Part shown: positions 27,189 to 36,525 of the stretch, one piece after another
Position numbering within the stretch: position 1 is the first letter of the stretch
How the letters are laid out: every line of letters begins with the position of its first letter
Origin: Alphaproteobacteria bacterium
GTDB lineage: Bacteria > Pseudomonadota > Alphaproteobacteria > SP197
Assembly (NCBI GenBank): GCA_965228895.1
Contig: OZ245842.1
Location: forward strand, 3,168,001 to 3,232,000
Length of the DNA stretch: 64,000 bases
Direction of reading: 5' to 3'
Translations under genes and position numbers: made by a program
Notes under the pieces: generated by a model
What the model was told of the DNA's origin: nothing
The model's input: only the letters and a program-made list of their open reading frames with translations
Database searches by the model: none

Positions 27189-28754
27189 ATGAACTACCAT
27201 TCCGACACGACCCGAAGACCGTCCTGGTACATCACGACGGCGATCCCTTACGTCAATGCCGCGCCCCATATCGGCTTTGCGCTGGAGCTGGTGCAGGCCG
27301 ACTGCCTGGCGCGCTTTCATCAGGCCGCCGGCTATGACGTGCGCTTCCAGACAGGTAGCGACGAAAACAGCCTGAAGAATGTTGTCGCCGCCGAGAAGGC
27401 CGGCGTCACGGCACGCCAGCTTGTCGCCGAGAACGCGCAGCTCTTCGTGCGCCTGGGCAACGCGCTGAACACACGCGCCGACGGTTTCATCCGCACCAGC
27501 GCCGATGCGCGCCATCGCCTTGGCGTCGAAAAGCTGTGGCGCGCCGCTGACGCGCGCGGCGACATCTACAAAAAGGCCTATAGCGGCCTCTATTGCGTGG
27601 GCTGCGAACAATTCTATCGGCCCGACGACCTCGAACACGGCAGGTGTCCGGAACACGGCACCGAACCGGAGGAGGTCGAGGAAGAGAACTACTTCTTCCG
27701 ACTATCGCGCTACCGCCATGCGCTGCTTGAACGCATCACCTCTGGCGAGCTTTCGATCGAACCGGCGGGCCGCAGGAACGAAGTGCTGCGATGGCTCGAG
27801 GAAGGGCTGGATGACTTTTCGATCTCGCGGTCAAGCGAACGTGCCCATGGCTGGGGCTTGGCCGTGCCGGGCGATCCCGATCAGGTCATCTACGTCTGGT
27901 TCGATGCGCTGGGCAACTATGTCACCGCGCTCGATTACGATATCGAAGGCGGCCTTTATCAACGTTACTGGACCGGCGCCGCACAGCGCAGCCATGTTGT
28001 CGGCAAAGGCATCACTCGGTTTCACGCGATCTATTGGCCGGCCATGCTGCTGTCGGCCGGTCTGCCCTTGCCCGATCGTATTCTGGTGCACGGCTATGTC
28101 ACTGTCGAAGGCGACAAGATCGGCAAGTCGACGGGCAACGCCGTCGACCCGCTTCCGGTCATCGCCGCTTACGGCGCGGACGCGCTGCGCTACTACCTGC
28201 TGCGCCATATCCGAACCGCCGAAGACGGCGACTTCAGCCACGAGCGGCTGGCGCAAACCTATCAAACCGAGCTCGCCGGGCAATACGGCAACCTCGCCAA
28301 CCGCGTGTTGAGTTTGATCGAACGCTATGCGGATGGCGTTGTGCCCGCACGCGCCGAGAACGCCGAACCGACTGCGCTCGCCAAAGCAGTGGCGGACCTG
28401 CCGAACGCCGTTGCGGCGCATGTCGACCGGTTCTCGCTGCACGAAGCCGTGGCCGCGATCTGGGACGTCATCGGCGAGGCCAACCGCCATGTCGCCGCGA
28501 CCGAACCGTGGTCGCTGGCCAAACAGGTCGCGGCCCTCGACGACAGCACGGAGGCAAGCGCGGCGCGGCGGGCTCTCAATACCTGCTTGCACGACCTCGC
28601 CACAGCACTTGATGCCGTGGCACGTGCCTGCTGGCCGTTTCTGCCCGAGACGTCGGAAAAACTGCTGGCGCAGCTCGGCCTGACATCGGCCGTTGACCGT
28701 CGACCTCTCACGGGGCGGCGTGTGCGCTCAGGGTCGGTGTTGTTTCCGCGTTGA
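27189..28754 (+). CDS. metG: Methionine--tRNA ligase, single-knuckle short form with variant motifs (probably auxiliary)
   Basis: YITTAIPYVN.PHIGF, GSDEN, CVGC...CPEH knuckle, YVWFDAL, GKGITRFHAIYWPA, KIGKS. Confidence 0.92.
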   Translation: MNYHSDTTRRPSWYITTAIPYVNAAPHIGFALELVQADCLARFHQAAGYDVRFQTGSDENSLKNVVAAEKAGVTARQLVAENAQLFVRLGNALNTRADGFIRTSADARHRLGVEKLWRAADARGDIYKKAYSGLYCVGCEQFYRPDDLEHGRCPEHGTEPEEVEEENYFFRLSRYRHALLERITSGELSIEPAGRRNEVLRWLEEGLDDFSISRSSERAHGWGLAVPGDPDQVIYVWFDALGNYVTALDYDIEGGLYQRYWTGAAQRSHVVGKGITRFHAIYWPAMLLSAGLPLPDRILVHGYVTVEGDKIGKSTGNAVDPLPVIAAYGADALRYYLLRHIRTAEDGDFSHERLAQTYQTELAGQYGNLANRVLSLIERYADGVVPARAENAEPTALAKAVADLPNAVAAHVDRFSLHEAVAAIWDVIGEANRHVAATEPWSLAKQVAALDDSTEASAARRALNTCLHDLATALDAVARACWPFLPETSEKLLAQLGLTSAVDRRPLTGRRVRSGSVLFPR

Positions 28755-28769
28755 TCCGAAAACCGGAAC

Positions 28770-29561
28770 TTAAGGACTAGCCGCCATCCATTCGCTCGCC
28801 AGGCGTTGGGCTTCGGCCATCTGGTCGGAGGTCATTTCTGTGAGCACGATGTCGCGGTTGTGGGCGGCAACAGTGTCGCCCTGGGCTGCGGCGAGACCGA
28901 ACCACAGGAAGGCGCGGGCGAGATTGCGCTCCATACCGGCGCCGTCATAGTACATGACCGCCAGGCGGTGCTGGGCACCGGCATGACCTTGGTCGGCGGC
29001 GCGGCGAAACCACGTCGCGGCGATCGTGTCGTCCTGCGTCACACCGCGGCCCATGTAATGCATGTTGCCCAGATTGAACTGTGCCTTGACGTTACCCTGC
29101 CATGCGGCTTCCGAGAACCAGGTGACGGCGGCCGCGTAGTCGAGCGGCACACCCTCGCCCTTGACATACATGGTGGCGAAGTCGAATTGCGCGACGTGGA
29201 AACCCTGCTCGGCCGCACGGCCAATCCACTTCGCGGCTTCGCCGTGGTCCTGCGGCACGCCGATGCCGGCATAGTACATGACGCCGATATTGTACTGCGA
29301 CATGAAGTGGCCGCCTTCGGCCGCGCGGGCGAACCACAGTGCGGCGCTCTCGTTGTCCTGGGGCACGCCGAGGCCGTCGAAATAGAGCGCGCCGACATTG
29401 TACTGGGCTTGCGTCAGGCCTTGCTCTGCGAGCGGCATCCATGCCGCCATCGCAGCCTCGTAGTCACCGCTTTCGTATGCGCTGGTGCCGTCCTGGAGCG
29501 TGGCTTGCGCCGGCGCCGCCAGCAGCACGGTCACGACACACAACAAGGCCAGATATCGCAT
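28770..29561 (-). CDS. Sel1-like repeat protein, secreted
   Basis: Repeated AQYNxGxxYxxGxGVPQD..A..WF..AA.QG; signal peptide. Confidence 0.93.
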   Translation of the reverse strand: MRYLALLCVVTVLLAAPAQATLQDGTSAYESGDYEAAMAAWMPLAEQGLTQAQYNVGALYFDGLGVPQDNESAALWFARAAEGGHFMSQYNIGVMYYAGIGVPQDHGEAAKWIGRAAEQGFHVAQFDFATMYVKGEGVPLDYAAAVTWFSEAAWQGNVKAQFNLGNMHYMGRGVTQDDTIAATWFRRAADQGHAGAQHRLAVMYYDGAGMERNLARAFLWFGLAAAQGDTVAAHNRDIVLTEMTSDQMAEAQRLASEWMAASP

Positions 29562-29808
29562 GCCTGCCTCCGCCATGACGGCAAGCCTACGCCCGGCCAT
29601 CAAAAGCGCCGGTAACCGCCGTCACTGATCTGACATCAGCCTACGCGAAACGCGCCTTCTGGCTCAGACAATGAAATGTGACAGGGCCGCCGAGAACCCT
29701 TGTGAAACTGCCAAAAACCCGATGTCTGGCTGTCGCGGATGTGGTGCCTGAACGTCTTATTCTTGCAATGTATCTGTCATGTGGAAAACGCGTGGCACGA
29801 CTGACGGC

Positions 29809-30240
29809 TTATCTGTCGAGCTCTTGCTGGAACAAGTCCGGCCGTTCGCGTTTGGCGATGTTCATCATCGCTTCCGTTACCCTCGCCATCGCCTGCGGCT
29901 GCTGCAATCGCTGGCCGATCCGCGTAATCGTGACCACGGCACCGTCGAGTTCGCGTTGTTCAAACGCCCCGCCAAGAAAGACCCAAAAAAATCGGCCCGT
30001 CTTCACCCCGAACGTCCCACAGTTTGACACCATCACATAGATTTCCGTGTGGTACGCGATGTCTTTGTCACCTACCTGAACCCGGACGTCGGCGTCATAG
30101 GCAGCGCCCGTTTCGTACTGTTCGGGCACCTGATCAACGAGCATACCGACGAACAGACCCGCCCCCGGCAACTTCATGATGATATCTTTGCGTCGAACGG
30201 TCGCACTGAGACCGCTCATGTTGTTGTGCCCATCCGTCAT
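29809..30240 (-). CDS. Hypothetical protein
   Basis: 143-aa ORF starting 7 nt after the stop of the upstream gene. Confidence 0.55.
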   Translation of the reverse strand: MTDGHNNMSGLSATVRRKDIIMKLPGAGLFVGMLVDQVPEQYETGAAYDADVRVQVGDKDIAYHTEIYVMVSNCGTFGVKTGRFFWVFLGGAFEQRELDGAVVTITRIGQRLQQPQAMARVTEAMMNIAKRERPDLFQQELDR

Positions 30241-30247
30241 CGCCCAC

Positions 30248-30625
30248 TCACGGCACCATCACGCATTGGCCGAGCATGATCGTGTTGTAGCCGGCATCCC
30301 AGCGCGAACTGTTTAGCTCATACGGCGCGTTGCAGGCGGCATAGCCGATCTGGTTGTCGCATGACGAAAGGTTGACGATCTCGTCGGCCTGGATGGCAAC
30401 CAGTTCGAAGTTGTCACTCTGACAACTACCCAACGCACCGTCGCCGTAGCAGCACGCGTAAGCGTTGATGTCACGGTCGCAGGTGTTCTGCAGGCTGACG
30501 TTTCGTGTATGCCCGCGCAGTTCGACGCATTCAGTCGCGAACTCGTCACCGGCCGCGGCCGACCAGAGCAGTGGAACCAGAAGCGCGACAACGAGGCCGG
30601 CTACAACAAGGGTTCTCATGTGCAT
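30248..30625 (-). CDS. Secreted Cys-rich hypothetical protein
   Basis: Signal peptide; eight Cys in about 100 mature residues. Confidence 0.65.
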   Translation of the reverse strand: MHMRTLVVAGLVVALLVPLLWSAAAGDEFATECVELRGHTRNVSLQNTCDRDINAYACCYGDGALGSCQSDNFELVAIQADEIVNLSSCDNQIGYAACNAPYELNSSRWDAGYNTIMLGQCVMVP

Positions 30626-30800
30626 CTCCGTCAGGTCCTGTGCCGCGCGCCTCAGCGCAGCGGCGTCACGACGTTACGGGCGCCCTTCATCGGATGCGTT
30701 CATCATAACACAACCCCGCATATGCGGGGGTTATGGCCGTCACACATATATGGGAGATGGTTAATGGCTTAGAAGGCGGTTTTTACGGCAATTCCGACGC

Positions 30801-31166
30801 TTAGCCTTGATTCAGGCCGAGTTCGCGCTGCTTTTTTTTGGTCAGGTTTAACGACGCCAGGCGGTGGGATTCGGCGAGGTAGTCCATTAGCTCGTCGTCG
30901 GCAAGGCCGGGTTCCTCAAAGTGCTGGATCCAGCTCATGCCGCGCGAGGCGAAATAGGGTGCGGGACGCACACCCGGCTGCTGCTTCAGCATCTCATAGG
31001 CGATCTTGGAGACCTTGAACGTGAAGCGCGCGCCGTCGCCGTCGTCCCAGCCGCCGATAGCGAAGACCTTGTCGCCGACCTTCCAGACGTCGGAACCGCC
31101 CCATTGAACGACATGGCTGGTCGCCGGCAGGGAGGCGCAGAAGGTGTTGAACTCGTCATAGGTCAT
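30801..31166 (-). CDS. MmcQ/YjbR family protein
   Basis: FCASLP..QWG..VWKVGDKVFA, RPAPYFA..W, LTKKKQRELG. Confidence 0.9.
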   Translation of the reverse strand: MTYDEFNTFCASLPATSHVVQWGGSDVWKVGDKVFAIGGWDDGDGARFTFKVSKIAYEMLKQQPGVRPAPYFASRGMSWIQHFEEPGLADDELMDYLAESHRLASLNLTKKKQRELGLNQG

Positions 31167-31196
31167 GATGCGTCGCCACCTTCCCCGCACCGCACC

Positions 31197-32114
31197 CTAC
31201 TGGTTGCCGCGCGCTTTCAGTTCGGCGTCGACGGCATCCATGTTCTGCTCCAAGAGGTCCGGAATATCGGCCACCGGCGGATGATCGGGATAACGCTCGT
31301 TCATGGTATCGATAATGGTCTGGCGCTCCTTGTAGCTCAACACCCGGTCCGTATTGGCCGCGGCGACCAGCGACACGAAATCTTCCAGATAAGACTTTTG
31401 CGCCGGCACCAGATCGGCGAGCGGGCCCGGCTCGCCGTGACCGGGGTATACCATGACATCGGGCTCAAAGGTCCTGGCCAGCCAGTCGAGCTGTTTGATC
31501 CAGTCCAGCACGTGACCGTCAAGCAGGAACGGCGTGCGCCCGACCGCGAAGAGGTCGCCGGCGATCAGCATGCGCCGCGAGGGTTCGTAGTAAAGCGTCA
31601 TGGTGACGGACTCGCCGTGGCCGAGCTCATAGATCTCGAACGTGAAGTCGCCGAGCGTTAGCGTTTCGCCGTCGGCGACAATACGATCGATCACCAGCGG
31701 TTCCACCGCACTGTCATCAGGGTAAAGCTCGCGGGTCAATGCGAGATGACCCTTGGTGTCATTCGCGAGTTCGTCGGCGGTGGCTTGGGAACCGATGACC
31801 GGGGCGCCGAACGCATCACGAAAGACGTTGATGCCGCCGACATGATCGGGATGGGGGTGCGTGATCAAGACACCGGCCACACGCTCGGCGCGATCACCGA
31901 CGACCTCCACGACATCGCCGGCGAGCGAGCGAAGTCTCTGGCTATCAATGATGACGACCGTGTTGCCGTCATCGAAGATATAGGTGTTGACCTCGCCATC
32001 ACCCTTTACCGCGTAACGGTTGGTCAGCATCATGGCGCTATCGGCTACCGCCGGCGCCAAGGTCGCGGGCATCAGCGTGGCAACTAGAAACAACAATAGG
32101 CAGCGCATGGACAT
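31197..32114 (-). CDS. Secreted MBL-fold metallo-hydrolase
   Basis: Signal peptide; THPHPDHVGG, AGDL, YPGHG. Confidence 0.88.
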   Translation of the reverse strand: MSMRCLLLFLVATLMPATLAPAVADSAMMLTNRYAVKGDGEVNTYIFDDGNTVVIIDSQRLRSLAGDVVEVVGDRAERVAGVLITHPHPDHVGGINVFRDAFGAPVIGSQATADELANDTKGHLALTRELYPDDSAVEPLVIDRIVADGETLTLGDFTFEIYELGHGESVTMTLYYEPSRRMLIAGDLFAVGRTPFLLDGHVLDWIKQLDWLARTFEPDVMVYPGHGEPGPLADLVPAQKSYLEDFVSLVAAANTDRVLSYKERQTIIDTMNERYPDHPPVADIPDLLEQNMDAVDAELKARGNQ

Positions 32115-32255
32115 GGGCCGCTCAATCCCATTCTGTCATCGAAACACCATTGTTCCAGGCCATTATTCCGCGTGCATTGTGTCGATCCGATGTCACCCAC
32201 AGGTGGACGTGACGACAGTGAGATATCGTGACCAACTTGTCCAAGAGGAAAGACG

Positions 32256-32882
32256 ATGACGAGGATTGCAGGCGCTGCCGCGGGTGCGTTGGTGGTGTTC
32301 ACTCTGACGGCCGGTACGCCCGAGACCCTGGCCGATCAGGAAGCCGCGAACTACACCCATGTGACATCCAGCCCCTGGGGACGGTGTTACGTCCGCTCCG
32401 CGCCGGCCAGCGGTTACGGCAGCGAGGGTGTTAGCGACGTCTATGTCGTCGGCGACGTCGATCAACCGGACCGCAAGGTCGCGACCTATGACTTCTTCAG
32501 CCTGAGTTTCTACCTGTCGTGCAACGTGATCGGCGACGACGGTGTGCCCGATGTCGCGATGGTCGGTCTTGGACCGTGGGCGCGCGGCCACACGCCAGAC
32601 GATGAGACAGTCGCCTTGGCGTTGTTCTACGGCGGGGACGAAGTCGCACGTTATTCGACCTTGGATATCGCCGGCGACAACCCCGATGCCGTGGACTGTT
32701 CGGTCTCGCACTATCAGGTGCTCGGCCCGATTGACGGTTACATCCGCAATGGCGACGACCGGACGGTCTTCCAGGTCACCACCCTGGACGGACGCACACT
32801 CTCGTTCGACGCGGTCACCGGCGACCTTGTGGACAGCGTCGAGGACGAACCGCCCGGTTTCGGTATCGGCGCCTGCCCCTGA
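32256..32882 (+). CDS. Secreted hypothetical protein, tandem paralog A
   Basis: Signal peptide; shares AANY.HV, WG.CY.RS.P, DFFS, GPW.RG, STLDIAGD, C.VSHYQV with the next gene. Confidence 0.75.
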   Translation: MTRIAGAAAGALVVFTLTAGTPETLADQEAANYTHVTSSPWGRCYVRSAPASGYGSEGVSDVYVVGDVDQPDRKVATYDFFSLSFYLSCNVIGDDGVPDVAMVGLGPWARGHTPDDETVALALFYGGDEVARYSTLDIAGDNPDAVDCSVSHYQVLGPIDGYIRNGDDRTVFQVTTLDGRTLSFDAVTGDLVDSVEDEPPGFGIGACP

Positions 32883-32987
32883 TGCGGTAGCCTCGGCATG
32901 AAAGCGGGGGCCGACCGGCGTGAACCGGCATAGGCTTGGAGCGTCTGCCCCCGTACCAGGGCCGCCATCGGGGGAGATCAAGGGGTT

Positions 32988-33614
32988 ATGCCGTCACGTT
33001 TTGCCGCTGCGGCGTTTGCCATTCTGGCACCGTGTGTCTTGGCGCTAACCGGGCCTGCCCTGGCCGACCGGGAAGCCGCCAACTACGGTCATGTCATCAC
33101 CGATACCTGGGGCACGTGTTATGCCCGTTCGGTGCCCAGCGAAGCCTATGGCAATGGCGGGCGCACCGACATCTACCGCATCGGTTCGCTCGACGAGCCG
33201 GATATTCTGGTCGCCAGTTTTGACTTCTTCTCCCAGCAGCTCTTCCTGGACTGCCAGGTCAGTGACGGCGAAGGCGGCTTTGACGTCTCGGTGGTCGCGC
33301 TTGGACCCTGGCCGCGCGGCTCCGAACCCGATCACGAGACGGTGGCGCTTGCCATGTTCTTTGGCAGTGAGGAAATCGCGCGCCATTCGACCCTGGATAT
33401 CGCCGGCGACAGACCGGGCGCCGTCAGCTGCACGGTTTCCCACTATCAGGTGATCGACCGGGTGAACGGTTTCGGCCGCGATCTGGACGGTCACGAGGTC
33501 ATCATTTTGACCACGGTCGATGGCCAAATCATGAGTTTCGATCTGGTCACGGGCGACCTGCTGCACACCGAAACCGGATTGCCGTCGGGACCCGGTGGCG
33601 GCGAATGCCCTTAG
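32988..33614 (+). CDS. Secreted hypothetical protein, tandem paralog B
   Basis: Same motifs and length (208 aa) as 32256-32882; both end in CP. Confidence 0.75.
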   Translation: MPSRFAAAAFAILAPCVLALTGPALADREAANYGHVITDTWGTCYARSVPSEAYGNGGRTDIYRIGSLDEPDILVASFDFFSQQLFLDCQVSDGEGGFDVSVVALGPWPRGSEPDHETVALAMFFGSEEIARHSTLDIAGDRPGAVSCTVSHYQVIDRVNGFGRDLDGHEVIILTTVDGQIMSFDLVTGDLLHTETGLPSGPGGGECP

Positions 33615-33653
33615 ATCGGATTCTGTTTGTTCCCCGCTCACGCGGGGTCGGCG

Positions 33654-33722
33654 CCGGCCCACTCCCCCTCCCGACCACCCATGGCAGCATCCTCGGGGTG
33701 GTCGGGAGGGGGAGTGGGCCGG
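33654..33722. repeat. Perfect 27-bp inverted repeat (REP-like hairpin) between convergent genes
   Basis: CCGGCCCACTCCCCCTCCCGACCACCC, 15-nt loop, exact reverse complement. Confidence 0.85.
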
Positions 33723-33747
33723 TGGTGCCAACTAAACCAAGATCTCG

Positions 33748-34188
33748 CTAACCGGGATCGCGTCGATATCGCTGCCAGCCGCCGTCGGACCAAGCCTCGG
33801 CCGTAAAGGACGGGATGTCTTTGTCGATGCCGTAGTAGTGGCCGGCCTCATTGGTAAAGATGTGAACGACCAGTTCCAGGCCCGCGTCGTCGTCCAGCGC
33901 GCCGGCCGCGACACCCATCGGCTCGTCGGGTCCGTGGTCGAAGAACAGGCTGGACCCGCAGTTACGGCAGAAGCCACGGCGCGACACCGCTGAGGACTGA
34001 TACCATGCAAGGCCCTTGTCCTCGGTGATCGCGAATCCGTCGCGTGCCGCGGCCGTCGCCGCGTAGACATGGCCGCTCATGCGCCGGCATTGGCGGCAAT
34101 GACACGCAATGACACGCCGGTCCGGCGTGTCGATCGAGAACCGGACCTGGCCGCAGACACAACCGCCGGTGACGTTGGTGGATGTCAT
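33748..34188 (-). CDS. GFA family protein
   Basis: GGCVCGQV, CHCRQCRR, RGFCRNCGS. Confidence 0.92.
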   Translation of the reverse strand: MTSTNVTGGCVCGQVRFSIDTPDRRVIACHCRQCRRMSGHVYAATAAARDGFAITEDKGLAWYQSSAVSRRGFCRNCGSSLFFDHGPDEPMGVAAGALDDDAGLELVVHIFTNEAGHYYGIDKDIPSFTAEAWSDGGWQRYRRDPG

Positions 34189-34562
34189 GGCCAGGCGTTC
34201 GCCTCCTCATCAAAGTTCGATGTCTGCACGCCGACGACACAGAAGCGCTGGCCGGTCGGCGCCTCCATGACGGTCCAGTGCGCCATGGCCTTTACCGTCT
34301 GCGCGCCAAGCTGTTCCAGGCGCGCGACCTCGGCAGCGATATCATCGGTTTCGATATCCACGTGCACGCGCGGATCATGGTCGACCTGCTGCACCTCGAC
34401 GTCGAGGCCGCCCGGTCCGCTGTCGAACTGCACGTAGTTCGGATCGTCGGGGTCGAAGGGTCGGGCCTTCAGCCCGAGCGCCTTGCCCCAGAAATCGGCG
34501 GCCGTGTGAACGTCGTCGGTCCGGCAGTCGATGATCAAGCCGCCCAATCGGCTCTTATGCAT
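34185..34562 (-). CDS. VOC family protein
   Basis: MHKSRLGG.IIDC, RVHVDIETDD, APTGQRFCVV. Confidence 0.88.
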   Translation of the reverse strand: MHKSRLGGLIIDCRTDDVHTAADFWGKALGLKARPFDPDDPNYVQFDSGPGGLDVEVQQVDHDPRVHVDIETDDIAAEVARLEQLGAQTVKAMAHWTVMEAPTGQRFCVVGVQTSNFDEEANAWP

Positions 34563-34646
34563 ACTGACTCTCCTGTATGGCGACAGGGCTGCGGCGAGGC
34601 GACAGTGTCGGCACAGGATAAGGCGGCGATCAAGTGGGAACGCGAT

Positions 34647-36398
34647 TCAAGTCGAGAACAGCAACTTGATCGTCACATTGTTGCCGTGAGCTGTCGATTC
34701 CATGCGGTCGGGGTAAACACCAGTCAAAAACTCGGCGAGACCATAGGAGAACGACTCCTCCTCCAGGAACGAGCGCCGTTTCACGCCGACATTCGGCAGC
34801 GACAGCAGCGTTCCGTTGTAGGTGATCGATACGATGAAACGGAAGTCGTCGAAGCTGATCTCCGCGCGCAAATCGCTAGACACCAGGTGAGCGTGCTGAA
34901 GATGACCGAGCACCTGATTGGTGCTGGTCGTCGCGCGCTTGATCAAATCTTCGTCCACCCCCCACGCACGGCCCCTGTCGAGCAACAAACCAGCGAGGTC
35001 GTCCTGCTGCGTTGTCGCCTTTTCGAACGACAGGTCAGCCTTGCGCCGGCTGCCCAAGCGGAACACCAAGTGCAACGCGAGCGCCGATACCACCGCTATC
35101 GACAACATGGTGTCGGTCAGCGGCTGCAACACCTTCGGCAGTTGTTTGAAGTAGTCGTGATAAACTTCGCGCGCCAAGCCCAGCAACATGGGAATGCCGA
35201 TCACAAAGGTCATGCGGGTATCGATGTTGCGCGACTGAATGATCTGGATGCCGCCGGCGATCATAAACGACGCGGTGAACAAAAGTGCTGCACCCAGGAC
35301 GGCCGGCGGCAGCAACACAAAGAGCGCGCTGATCTTAGGACTGAAGGCAAAGAGGATCAGGAAACCGGCGGCAACAAAGGCAATCGCGCGGCTGGTCGCG
35401 CCCGAGGCCTTGGAAACACCGACCAGGCTGGGACCGGTATTCATGCCGATGACGCCGAGCAGGCCGCCCAAAACACAGCCAATGCCATCGGCATACATGC
35501 CGCCCTTGATCGTCGTCATATCGGGGTGCTTCCAGTCGTCATCATTGATCTTCTGGCATGTCGTGATGACGCCGACGGTTCGAAGCGCCGCGGCAATGCC
35601 GGCGACAAGAAACGCCGGAATCAGCGTGGCATCGAACGTGTAGCCGATCTGGTCAAAACCAGGCAGTGCGACCACCATCGCCTCGTCCAACGCCTGCCAC
35701 CGATCAGGGCGGATATGACCGAGCACAATGGCCAGCACGAGACCAACGACGATACCGATCATGGTGCACATGAGCCGCGCCATACCGCCGCCCCAGACCG
35801 CCAGCCCGAGGATGCACGCAAAGGTCAAGCCCGCGATCGCGATATGGGTGACGTAGTCGGGCTGACCGAGCATTTCGACGCCCAGAACGTGGTCCATCGC
35901 GACAAGGCCAAGCTGGATGCCGACGATCGCGACGATGAAACCGCTGATGGCCGGCGGGAACATGACCCGCAAGCGTTTCAAAAAACGCGCAAAAACGAGC
36001 TCGACCAGGCCGGCGAATATGGTCATGGCGAACACCGCCGGCAGCCCGCCGCTCTCCGCCGCCAGGACCGATGGGCCCAGGTAGATCGCTGAAAAAACTG
36101 GCGGCGCCAAAAAGCCGGAGCCGATGGGTCCGCGCGGAAGCGCCTGCAGCATCGTCGCCAACGCAATTGCGATCATGCCCAGGCTGGTCGCGCTGATTGT
36201 CGCCTCGTGCGACGCGCCGGCGGCGCGGAACACGATGATGATGAGCATGAGATAGACGGACAGCAGCGCCGCATACTGCAAGCCGAGCGCCAGCAAGACG
36301 GGTGGCGGCGGACGTTCGTCAACGGCGTAGATCAGGTCTTCCGGTCGTTTCGCCAACGGACTTTCCGCGCCCCCATCACCCAACAACCATACCGCCAC
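34647..36398 (-). CDS. NCS2 (xanthine/uracil) permease with a C-terminal soluble extension
   Basis: LIYAVDERPP, FPPAISG, GMYADG, TGPSLVG..SGATSR, PKISALF.LLPPAVLG. Confidence 0.85.
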   Translation of the reverse strand: MAVWLLGDGGAESPLAKRPEDLIYAVDERPPPPVLLALGLQYAALLSVYLMLIIIVFRAAGASHEATISATSLGMIAIALATMLQALPRGPIGSGFLAPPVFSAIYLGPSVLAAESGGLPAVFAMTIFAGLVELVFARFLKRLRVMFPPAISGFIVAIVGIQLGLVAMDHVLGVEMLGQPDYVTHIAIAGLTFACILGLAVWGGGMARLMCTMIGIVVGLVLAIVLGHIRPDRWQALDEAMVVALPGFDQIGYTFDATLIPAFLVAGIAAALRTVGVITTCQKINDDDWKHPDMTTIKGGMYADGIGCVLGGLLGVIGMNTGPSLVGVSKASGATSRAIAFVAAGFLILFAFSPKISALFVLLPPAVLGAALLFTASFMIAGGIQIIQSRNIDTRMTFVIGIPMLLGLAREVYHDYFKQLPKVLQPLTDTMLSIAVVSALALHLVFRLGSRRKADLSFEKATTQQDDLAGLLLDRGRAWGVDEDLIKRATTSTNQVLGHLQHAHLVSSDLRAEISFDDFRFIVSITYNGTLLSLPNVGVKRRSFLEEESFSYGLAEFLTGVYPDRMESTAHGNNVTIKLLFST

Positions 36399-36525
36399 AG
36401 ATCCTGAGGCGCTGCAATCGCGCGCGCTCTACAACCGGCTTGGCGATTGCACCACCCATCCGATATACGCCAAGCTGACGCCCCACGACACGGGCAATCC
36501 GCACCGTTCTTGCAAGGAGCGAACC

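Noticed and set aside
28770-29561. Periodic repeats suggesting a CRISPR array
   Set aside because: They are degenerate 108-bp coding Sel1 repeats; no identical repeats with spacers and no cas genes in the window
30712-30731. Short palindrome AACCCCGCATATGCGGGGGTT
   Set aside because: Could be a terminator or operator, but there is no second copy or clear U tract to support a call
21230-33614. Genomic island or prophage spanning the accessory genes
   Set aside because: No integrase, tRNA target, flanking repeats or phage genes, and no clear compositional shift by eye
34182-36092. 636-aa plus-strand ORF and similar long antisense ORFs (53-1228, 4644-6062, 15261-16724, 24252-25787, 52298-53650)
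   Set aside because: Shadows of well-supported genes on the opposite strand, expected at high GC; no motifs
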